Source: Chloroflexota bacterium
Lineage (GTDB): Bacteria; Chloroflexota; Anaerolineae; B4-G1; SLSP01
Length of the DNA: 64,000 nucleotides
Reading direction: 5' to 3'
Assembly: GCA_036845725.1 (NCBI GenBank)
Contig: DAIUDK010000005.1
Span: 6,719 to 70,718 of the forward strand
In this document: positions 57,199 through 64,000 of the stretch, piece after piece
How positions within the stretch are numbered: position 1 is the stretch's first letter
Layout: every line of letters begins with the position of its first letter
Notes under the pieces: model-generated
The model's database searches: none
What the model was told of the DNA's origin: nothing
The model's input: only the letters and a program-made list of their open reading frames with translations
Program-made: the position numbers and the translations under genes

Positions 57199-57268
57199 AC
57201 CACTAATCTTCACGAATTTGCACTAATTCTTCCTTTTTATTCGTGAAGATTGGTGTAGATTCGTGGTG
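57199..57268. repeat. REP-like palindromic element, copy 3 (ACCACTAATCTTCACGAAT ... TCGTGAAGATTGGTG-TAGATTCGTGGTG)
   Basis: Both arms present, directly after the EgtD-like stop codon. Confidence 0.5.
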
Positions 57269-57450
57269 AATTCTTCAAAATGCTTGCGCCGGATCACAAT
57301 CCGGCGCTGCAGGGACAGCGGATACCGCCGAAGTTTGGGCGATGTGCGACGAAATGTTCGACGCTCTGGCCCCGTGGCTGCCACAGTTCGACGGCGAAGG
57401 CCGCACGTGGTCCGACATTCCGCAGCCGGTACGGTGTTATAGCCGTATTC

Positions 57451-58065
57451 TCAAGGCCTATCTGCAAAACATTCGATGAGTGAAGTACTACCTTCAGGAT
57501 GCGGAGTTGGTGCGCCGGGAACGGCTTCTTGTGCGTGAGAGATGCTAACTCTGTATATGGCTCTTGTAGATATTGGTATTTCACTTGTTGGGCTAATGTT
57601 TGATATAAACTCTGCCTCATATTCGTCCCAAACGCTAATATCGAGGTTAACGCACGTTAATTGTCTTTGATAATACAAATAAGTGGCTCTTCCTTCATAA
57701 ACCTTTTTGTCCGTCAGTTGCCAATTCTGGTCTGTCATTTCCTGTTCGAAGAATTCCTGTATTTGTGGGTAGGGGGTATCGGAAATGTAATTTGCACCCA
57801 GGCGACGTGAAGTAGGTGTCCAGAAGTAACGATCCCCACCGCCGGTCCCAGTGATAATCAGTTGGGCATCAGGGTAAACCGGTAACTGCACATAAACTGC
57901 TTGATTCAACGCATCGAATGTGGCGGTATACTCGGACATTTGTCGACAGAACAAATAATCACTCCGTTGTGATTCTGGGGTTATAGCGATGTTGCAAGCA
58001 ACCACGATTGCCAGAAGCAATAGCATTGTTACGAATGCTAACAGGATGTATCTGATCTTTTTCAT
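57451..58065 (-). CDS. Putative lipoprotein of unknown function, encoded in a low-GC (about 45%) islet
   Basis: N-terminal signal peptide plus lipobox-like AIVVAC. AT-rich codon usage unlike the flanking DNA. Confidence 0.45.
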   Translation of the reverse strand: MKKIRYILLAFVTMLLLLAIVVACNIAITPESQRSDYLFCRQMSEYTATFDALNQAVYVQLPVYPDAQLIITGTGGGDRYFWTPTSRRLGANYISDTPYPQIQEFFEQEMTDQNWQLTDKKVYEGRATYLYYQRQLTCVNLDISVWDEYEAEFISNISPTSEIPISTRAIYRVSISHAQEAVPGAPTPHPEGSTSLIECFADRP

Positions 58066-58251
58066 ACATACCTCCTAAGCACCGTTATCATTTGAATGTC
58101 AGATCGGATTTTTTTCCGTGGTTCGCTGGATTCGTAGGTTTCCGCTTAACAGCTTGTCGTGCATGTTCCAAGTATACGCTTTGTTGCTGGAATTGGGAAG
58201 CTGGATGCTGGTCAAGCGGTTCGCGGCGTCGTCTGGGAGTGCCTTTTAACT

Positions 58252-58280
58252 TTCAAAGACGGGTCTACTTTCAGTATAAT
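58252..58280 (+). promoter_or_regulatory. Candidate sigma70-type promoter (TTCAAA-17 nt-TATAAT) followed by a roughly 120-nt structured leader with nested inverted repeats (GATTAGGGATTG / CAATCCCCAG..CTAATCCCC)
   Basis: Spacing and hexamers read from sequence. The leader shares a TAGGGATTGAT motif with the repeat at 49470-49500. Confidence 0.3.
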
Positions 58281-58400
58281 CCCCACAACCCTCTTGCTAT
58301 ACTGTGAAAGCAAAGGTGATTAGGGATTGATGATTAGGTGCCAGTTGCTTTCCCAATCCCCAGTCTCTAATCCCCATTTACCTTCTCAAAAGGAGCACGT

Positions 58401-61400
58401 ATGGCAGACTATCGTATCGAGGCGCACCCGATTCTTTCGATTCCTCTCGACGATTTTGTCGAATTTACCTGGCAAGGGCAGCCGTTGACGGCGCGGCGCG
58501 GCGAGATGATCGCGTCGGCGTTGTTCGCGCACGGCATCCACATGTTTGGACATCACCACCGGGATGGCTCGCCGCAGGGTATCTTCTGCGCGAATGGGCA
58601 GTGTTCGCAATGCTTGGTGATTGCGGACGGCTTGCCGGTGAAGGCGTGCATGACGCCGGTGACGCCCGGCATGGTCGTCGAGCCGTTGGAGGGACTGCCC
58701 GTACTGCCGCCGGTGGCGGAACCGCCGCCGCTGCACGCGCTAGAGACGGTTGACATGCCTGTGCTTATCATCGGTGGCGGGCCGGCGGGGATGTCGGCGG
58801 CGATCCAGTTGGCGGAGTACGGCGTCCGCGTGCTGCTGGTGGATGACAAGGACCGCCTCGGTGGGAAGCTGGTCTTGCAGACACATCGTTTCTTCGGCTC
58901 CGTGGACGCCGTCTACGCGGGCACGCGCGGCATCGATATCGCCACACGGTTGGAAAACGACGTCCGCCGCCACGACAACATTGAAGTGTGGCTCAACAGC
59001 ACGGCCCTCGCCGTGTTTAGTGATGGGAAGGTGGGGATTCTGCGGGGCGCGAATCAAGAATCAGCGAATCAGCGAATGAGCGAATACGTTCTTGTCCACC
59101 CCGAAATCCTTCTCGTCGCCGCAGGCGCGCGGGAGAAATCGCTGACGTTCAAGGGGAACACACTGCCGGGGGTGTACGGCGCGGGAGCGTTCCAGACGTT
59201 GGTGAACCGTGATTTGGTGCGGGCGGCGGAGCGGCTGTTTATCGTCGGCGGCGGGAACGTCGGGTTAATCGCGGGGTATCACGCGCTTCAAGCCGGAATC
59301 GAGGTGGTTGGGCTGGTGGAGGCGCTGCCGGAATGTGGCGGGTACAAGGTCCACCGGGATAAGCTGGCGCGTTTCGGCGTGCCAATTTACACGTCGCACA
59401 CGATTCTGTCCGCCAACGGCGACGGTCATGTGGAATCGGTGACGATTGCGCAAGTCGACGAGCGTTTCCGGCCGGTTCCTGGTACGGAGCAATCCTTCGC
59501 TTGTGATACAGTGCTTATCGCCGTGGGCCTCGACCCAGTGAACGAGTTCACGCAGAAGGCGCGGGCGTTCGGGATGACGGTCTTCGATGCGGGTGACGCG
59601 GAGGCGATTGCGGAGGCGTCGGCGGCGATGTTCTCCGGCAAGATTCGCGGGCTGGAGATCGCGCGGGCGCTCGGCGCGACGGAGGACGCCGTCCCCGATG
59701 AGTGGCGGCGTACCGGCGACATCCTCAAGTCGCATCCCGGCGCGGTGATCCCGGAGCGCATCCCCGCACAGGAAGAGGGCGTCTTCCCGGTCTTCCACTG
59801 CTCACAGGCGATTCCGTGCAATCCCTGCACTTCAGTCTGCCCGCAGCAGTTGATCCACATCGACCCCACTGACATTCGCGCCGTCCCCACCTACCTGGGC
59901 CTGGAGGCGGAGAAGGCGTGCCTGGGTTGCGAGCAGTGCGTCGCCGTCTGCCCGGGTCTGGCGATCACGTTAGTAGACTATCGCAAGGACGCCGAGATGC
60001 CGACGGTGACGCTGGCCTATGAGTTCCTGGCGAGCCGCATCGCCGTTGGCGACCGGGTGACAGCGCTCGATTCGGTCGCCAACGAACTCGGCGACGCAGA
60101 AGTCGTGAGTGTGCGCGCTATAAAGCGCAACGACCGCACCGTGATGGTTAAGGTGCGCGCGCCGAAGGCAATTGCCAAACTCGTCGCCGGTTTGCGCGTA
60201 CAGCCACTGGAAGTTGGTTCGGCGCTGAGCGACGAAGTCGTCAACCTGGACGACGATATGATCGTTTGCCGCTGCGAACGCGTGACGGCAGGCGAAATCC
60301 GCGCGCTGATCCGCAAGGGTTACCGCGACATCAATGAGATCAAGGCCGTCACCCGCGCCGGGATGGGCGCCTGCGGCGGCAAGACCTGCGCGGCTCTCAC
60401 CCTGCGCCTCTTCCGCGAGGAAGGCATTCCGCTCGATGCCGTCACCCCCAACATCCCGCGTCCCCTCTTCGTCGAAGTGCCCTTGGGCGTTTTTGCGGCG
60501 AATCAGCGAATGAGCGAATCGGCGAATCAGCGAATGGACGGATCAGCGAATCACGCATCACGCATCACGCATCACGAACCCCTTACTCCTTACTCCCTAC
60601 TCCCTACTCCCTCTGCCGACGTCATCATCATCGGCGCGGGCAGCGTGGGCGTACCGGCGGCGCTGGCGATGGCGCGGAAGGGGCTGAAGGTGCGCGTGTT
60701 CGACGGGGCGGCGAGCCAGGGGCAGGGGTCCAACAAGGCGGCGATTGGCGGGGTACGCGCCACGCACTCCGATCCGGCGAAGATTCGCCTGTGCCTGCGT
60801 AGCCTGGAGATTTTCTCGACGTGGGAGGAGACTTACGGGCACAACATCGAGTGGACGACAGGAGGGTACGCTTTCGTCGCTTACCGGGAACAGGTGGCGC
60901 GGACGTTCAAGGATTTGCTCAAGGTACAGCTTGCCTATGGCCTTGACATCGACTGGTACGACCGCGATGACTTCCTGCGCATCGTTCCCGATGTGAACCC
61001 CAACAGCCTGATCGGCGGGACGTTCTCGCCGCAGGATGGGCACTGCTCGACGCTGTTGGCGGGACACGCCTTCTACGACGCGGCGAAGGCGGCGGGTGCA
61101 ATTTTCCACTTCAACGAGCCGGTGATGGAGATTTTGGTGGACGAGACGATGACAGGCCGCCAGATACGCGGGATTCGGACGAGCCAGGGGACGTATCACG
61201 CGCCGGTCGTCGTTAACGCCGCCGGGCCGTGGGCGCGGGCGGTCGGGCATTTGGTGGGGATGGAGCATCCCGTGCAGCCCGACTCGCACGAGGCCGGGAT
61301 TACCGAGCCGGTGGCGCACTTCCTGGGGCCGATGCTCGTGGACATCCGCCCCGCGCCGGGATCGGCGAACTACTACTTTTTCCAGTTGCATAGTGGGCAA

Positions 61401-61772
61401 GTTGTCTTCTGCATCACACCGCAGCCGAGCATCGTGGGCTTCGACCGCCGCGAGACGAGCGTGTTCCTGCCGCAGATCGCGTCGCGCATGGTGGATCTGG
61501 TCCCGCGCCTGGCGAACCTGCGCGTGCGGCGTACCTGGCGTGGCCTCTACCCGATGACGCCGGACGGCTCGCCGCTCGTCGGTTGGGCGCGGGAGGTGGG
61601 GGGCTACCTGATGGCGATCGGCATGTGTGGGCAAGGCTTCATGCTCGGCCCCGGCCTGGGTGAACTGCTTGCGCGGACGGTCGCGCAGGAGGAACTCTCG
61701 CCGGGAGACCGGGAGGTGCTGAAGGTGCTCTCGCCGTATCGTGCGTTCGCGGGGCAGGAGGCGTTGAAGTAG
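58401..61772 (+). CDS. Fused three-module flavoprotein oxidase: N-terminal 2Fe-2S domain (HcnA/SoxA-N-like), FAD/NAD pyridine-nucleotide-disulfide oxidoreductase with BFD-like 2Fe-2S and 4Fe-4S motifs (HcnB/OoxA-like), then DAO-family FAD oxidase (HcnC/SoxB/ThiO-like)
   Basis: GIFCANGQCSQC. IIGGGPAGMSAA and VGGGNVGLIAG Rossmann folds. CRCERVTAGEI..GACGGKTC. CNPCTSVCP..CLGCEQCVAVCP. IIIGAGSVGVPAALAMA DAO N-terminus. The inter-domain linker is encoded by tandem repeats. Confidence 0.75.
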   Translation: MADYRIEAHPILSIPLDDFVEFTWQGQPLTARRGEMIASALFAHGIHMFGHHHRDGSPQGIFCANGQCSQCLVIADGLPVKACMTPVTPGMVVEPLEGLPVLPPVAEPPPLHALETVDMPVLIIGGGPAGMSAAIQLAEYGVRVLLVDDKDRLGGKLVLQTHRFFGSVDAVYAGTRGIDIATRLENDVRRHDNIEVWLNSTALAVFSDGKVGILRGANQESANQRMSEYVLVHPEILLVAAGAREKSLTFKGNTLPGVYGAGAFQTLVNRDLVRAAERLFIVGGGNVGLIAGYHALQAGIEVVGLVEALPECGGYKVHRDKLARFGVPIYTSHTILSANGDGHVESVTIAQVDERFRPVPGTEQSFACDTVLIAVGLDPVNEFTQKARAFGMTVFDAGDAEAIAEASAAMFSGKIRGLEIARALGATEDAVPDEWRRTGDILKSHPGAVIPERIPAQEEGVFPVFHCSQAIPCNPCTSVCPQQLIHIDPTDIRAVPTYLGLEAEKACLGCEQCVAVCPGLAITLVDYRKDAEMPTVTLAYEFLASRIAVGDRVTALDSVANELGDAEVVSVRAIKRNDRTVMVKVRAPKAIAKLVAGLRVQPLEVGSALSDEVVNLDDDMIVCRCERVTAGEIRALIRKGYRDINEIKAVTRAGMGACGGKTCAALTLRLFREEGIPLDAVTPNIPRPLFVEVPLGVFAANQRMSESANQRMDGSANHASRITHHEPLTPYSLLPTPSADVIIIGAGSVGVPAALAMARKGLKVRVFDGAASQGQGSNKAAIGGVRATHSDPAKIRLCLRSLEIFSTWEETYGHNIEWTTGGYAFVAYREQVARTFKDLLKVQLAYGLDIDWYDRDDFLRIVPDVNPNSLIGGTFSPQDGHCSTLLAGHAFYDAAKAAGAIFHFNEPVMEILVDETMTGRQIRGIRTSQGTYHAPVVVNAAGPWARAVGHLVGMEHPVQPDSHEAGITEPVAHFLGPMLVDIRPAPGSANYYFFQLHSGQVVFCITPQPSIVGFDRRETSVFLPQIASRMVDLVPRLANLRVRRTWRGLYPMTPDGSPLVGWAREVGGYLMAIGMCGQGFMLGPGLGELLARTVAQEELSPGDREVLKVLSPYRAFAGQEALK
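59048..59087 (+). repeat. GCGAATNN octamer tandem array translated in-frame (ANQESANQRMSEY) inside the oxidase gene
   Basis: gcgaatcaagaatcagcgaatcagcgaatgagcgaatacg. Confidence 0.55.
60496..60612 (+). repeat. Composite tandem repeat block (GCGAATNN x7, CATCACG x3-4, C(C/T)TACTC x5) encoding the linker between the HcnB-like and DAO modules
   Basis: Translated as ANQRMSESANQRMDGSANHASRITHHEPLTPYSLLPTPSA. Confidence 0.6.
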
Positions 61773-61858
61773 GGGAGTAGTCTATTTTCGGGTATTTGGC
61801 TATAATGGAGGAGTGAGGTGAAACCCACTCCTTCATTTGTTCTGTAGGATTATGGGCC

Positions 61859-62590
61859 ATGCGCGATATCATCAGTTTCTCAGCGGCTGTTGCAGAAAAG
61901 TTGCAATATTACGTTTACCTGCTCAAAGATCCGGAGACTGGGCAGGTATTTTACGTAGGTAAAGGTGCAGGCGATCGGATATTTGCACATCTTAATCGTG
62001 CTTTGCGTTCCCCACAAGCAAGTGATAAGCTGGATAAGATACGAGCTATTCAGGAAAAGGGTTTGACAGTTCAGCATATTATTCATCGCCACGGCTTAAC
62101 AGAGGAAGAAGCCTTTGAGGTTGAATCCGCTTTGATAGATTTCATCGGCTTGGATGAATTGACAAATATGGTGCGAGGTTATGATTCGGATACGCGTGGT
62201 CCAATGATAATATCTGAGGCGATCGCATTATATGATGCTCCAAAGATCGAGATTAAGGAAGCTGCGTTGCTCATCATTGTAAATCGGCATTACCGGCGTG
62301 GAATGAGTGCTGCAGAATTGTATGAGATCACACGTGGAAATTGGGTAGTAGGTAAACAGCGCGAACAGGCAAGTTATGCATTCGCTGTGTATCGAGGCAT
62401 TGTGCGAGAAGTTTATGCGGTGGAACGTTGGTTTCCGGTTACTGCACGTGATGCAAATCAGAAAACACAGCAACGTTGGCGATTTGATGGGCGTGTTGCT
62501 ACTGAATTGCAGCATTATGTAGGTGGAAGTGTGGAGGGATACCTCTCACTTGGCGCTCAAAACCCTATCAGATATCTAAATATTAAGTGA
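61859..62590 (+). CDS. GIY-YIG-like nuclease-domain protein (N-terminal YVYLL..FYVGKG..R..H motif) with an uncharacterised C-terminal domain; low-GC islet
   Basis: YYVYLLKDPETGQVFYVGKGAGDRIFAH resembles the GIY-YIG core. GC is markedly lower than the flanking DNA. Confidence 0.45.
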   Translation: MRDIISFSAAVAEKLQYYVYLLKDPETGQVFYVGKGAGDRIFAHLNRALRSPQASDKLDKIRAIQEKGLTVQHIIHRHGLTEEEAFEVESALIDFIGLDELTNMVRGYDSDTRGPMIISEAIALYDAPKIEIKEAALLIIVNRHYRRGMSAAELYEITRGNWVVGKQREQASYAFAVYRGIVREVYAVERWFPVTARDANQKTQQRWRFDGRVATELQHYVGGSVEGYLSLGAQNPIRYLNIK

Positions 62591-62603
62591 GTTCGCGGGA
62601 AAC

Positions 62604-62927
62604 ATGGAATTCAACGACCTTATTCAACGTGCACTGTCCATTCGCAAGCTGTATCGTGACTTCGAACAACAAAACTACGGCGTCTCCTGGACCAACGAGG
62701 AACTGGCCCTGGGCTTTGTGGGTGACGTTGGCGATCTGGTCAAGCTGGTTATGGCGCAGAGCGGGCGGCGAATCATCCCCGACGCGGAAAGCAAGCTGGC
62801 GCACGAATTGGCCGATTGCCTGTGGTCGATCATCGTGCTGGCTGATGTGCACGATGTCGATTTGGAGGATGCCTTTGTGAAAACGATGGGTGATCTGGAA
62901 AACTATCTCAATAAAAATTCAGGGTAG
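62604..62927 (+). CDS. MazG-like nucleotide pyrophosphohydrolase (small all-alpha NTP-PPase)
   Basis: EELALGFVGDVGDL..ESKLAHELADCLWSIIVLA..DLEDAF matches the MazG/NTP-PPase EExxE...E/D pattern. 107 aa. Confidence 0.6.
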   Translation: MEFNDLIQRALSIRKLYRDFEQQNYGVSWTNEELALGFVGDVGDLVKLVMAQSGRRIIPDAESKLAHELADCLWSIIVLADVHDVDLEDAFVKTMGDLENYLNKNSG

Positions 62928-62961
62928 GTCAATCGTATGTCAGTAAGCCAAGGAGGGCAAG

Positions 62962-63297
62962 ATGAACACGCAACCGTTGGATGCACTATTTACGATGCAA
63001 AGCCTGTTGAGTCTTCAAGGATCGGCTGCTGCCGCGCTTCTCGTGCCGAATGTGATCGGCTACCTGGTTGGGAACAAGTTTGATCTCTATCGAAAGTGGG
63101 TGTCCTTTGGCCTGGCGATGCTTCTGGCGTATCTCGTCGCCATTTTGGCGCCTACCGCAGACTGGACGAAGTGGATCCTGGCTTTCTTCAACGGGTTTCT
63201 GATTTTCGCTTCCGCCGTTGGCATCAATGAGGCTACCAACAGCGACAGACGAGTCCAGGCGGCAGGCAAGCAATTGTTTCAAAAGTGGTTCCCATAA
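62962..63297 (+). CDS. Small three-TM membrane protein with charged C-terminus (holin-like topology)
   Basis: Three hydrophobic segments then a basic tail (KQLFQKWFP). 111 aa. Confidence 0.35.
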   Translation: MNTQPLDALFTMQSLLSLQGSAAAALLVPNVIGYLVGNKFDLYRKWVSFGLAMLLAYLVAILAPTADWTKWILAFFNGFLIFASAVGINEATNSDRRVQAAGKQLFQKWFP

Positions 63298-63534
63298 ACG
63301 TTGTTTGTGGGTTCCTTATTTATTTTGGAATGACGATCTAGCCGTTACGATATTTCACGCAAAAAGGATTACACAAATCGATGATGCCGGAGACAAAGAG
63401 CAGCGCGGCGTCGCGGCTGATGAACAACCGGCTCGTCGCCAAATTGCGCGAGTTCGCGCAGACGCTCCGCGAAATGTCCGCCGGGGCGTTGGCGCGATAG
63501 CCTGGGATTTGTTCGATGCGAGAAGGGGGGCGGC

Positions 63535-64000
63535 ATGTACAAGGATGATTTGTGGTATCGCAAGCTCGCGCGAGATATCGAGGAGCATCGGGCAGATTTT
63601 ACCGACAAACAATGGCGCGCCTACCAGATCGATTTGATGCTGCGTATTGCCTTGCGGGTCAAAGAGGCTTCTGACGCGTGCGAAACGTGCCGTGATTTTC
63701 AACATACGTTAAGCCGTATGGAGGAAGAGTTTCCGGAACTGCCGGGATCGAAAGCGCAGCGGCATTACCAGGTGCAGCAGTTGCGCCTGATGGCCGAACA
63801 CTTTGTCAAGGCGCACCGGCTGTCGCCGCCAAAGTATTACACACGTTTGTATACCAATTATGGAATTGTTGCCGGCTTACTCTTTGGGATTGCTGTGGGT
63901 TTGTTGCTGTTGAACAACGGCTTGTATCTGCTCCTGGGCCCTATCGTAGGGGGCGTCTTTGGCGCTGCTTATGGCATGAGCGAGGATACGAGTATGAAGC
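63535..64000 (+). CDS. Hypothetical protein with C-terminal TM helices (partial, runs off the window end)
   Basis: ATG at 63535 preceded by GAAGGGGGG. The frame is open to the window end (MYKDDLWYRKLARDIEE...GIVAGLLFGIAVGLLLL). Not in the ORF track because no stop is reached. Confidence 0.4.
   Translation, partial: MYKDDLWYRKLARDIEEHRADFTDKQWRAYQIDLMLRIALRVKEASDACETCRDFQHTLSRMEEEFPELPGSKAQRHYQVQQLRLMAEHFVKAHRLSPPKYYTRLYTNYGIVAGLLFGIAVGLLLLNNGLYLLLGPIVGGVFGAAYGMSEDTSMK

Noticed and set aside
60496-60612. Tandem octamer and heptamer repeats as a possible CRISPR array
   Set aside because: The units are 7-8 nt with no spacers, are translated in-frame, and are dispersed at gene ends. They are simple-sequence repeats, not CRISPR.
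63218-63637. 139-aa ORF overlapping the holin-like gene and the following intergenic region
   Set aside because: It is in a different frame from the supported genes, spans an intergenic region, and has Arg-rich low-complexity composition.

Overview
This is a high-GC (~60-65%) bacterial chromosomal segment, possibly Chloroflexota-like on the basis of gene content (low confidence). All genes from about 1.8 kb to 46 kb lie co-directionally on the minus strand with short gaps or overlaps. No rRNA, tRNA or CRISPR array was recognised.

The window contains, in order:
- The 3' end of ppdK and an HD-domain hydrolase.
- A 15-kb tightly packed array of cyclic-nucleotide signalling genes: a cNMP-binding histidine kinase, two giant adenylate/guanylate cyclase-STAND ATPase-TPR proteins, a cNMP-binding protein with a coiled-coil tail, a PrsW-like membrane protease, a small winged-helix protein, a zinc-ribbon protein, a MinD/ParA-like ATPase and a HAMP-GAF membrane sensor. 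The sensor is translationally coupled to an orphan family-5 solute-binding protein.
- A three-gene, three-module NRPS (A-T, C-A-T, C-A-T) that starts with a truncated C domain and ends in a non-canonical Rossmann-type domain instead of a TE or SDR-type R domain.
- A 1249-aa transporter-HEAT-repeat-cNMP-binding fusion protein directly upstream of the NRPS.
- A third zinc-ribbon-cyclase-STAND-TPR protein, two stand-alone cNMP-binding proteins and an Opp/Dpp-type ABC importer with a GntR-PBP fusion regulator.
- Housekeeping genes (LeuA/homocitrate-synthase family, GNAT, MFS, GT2, polyprenyl synthase, TatD, Lon).
- An orphan beta-class DNA methyltransferase next to an EgtD-like methyltransferase.
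- A 1123-aa fused HcnA/B/C-like (opine/sarcosine-oxidase-like) flavoprotein.
- A low-GC islet with a GIY-YIG-like protein, a MazG-like pyrophosphohydrolase and a holin-like protein.

The observations most worth a second look are:
1. A roughly 40-aa C-terminal tail shared by two otherwise unrelated sensor proteins that lack enzymatic output domains.
2. The MinD-like, zinc-ribbon, winged-helix and PrsW cassette embedded in the cAMP array.
3. The cNMP-gated transporter upstream of an NRPS with an unusual release domain.
4. A family of GCGAATNN octamer and heptamer tandem repeats that are translated inside genes, forming an inter-domain linker and gene C-termini, and that bracket the MFS gene as inverted repeats.
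5. A REP-like palindromic element family present in at least three copies.
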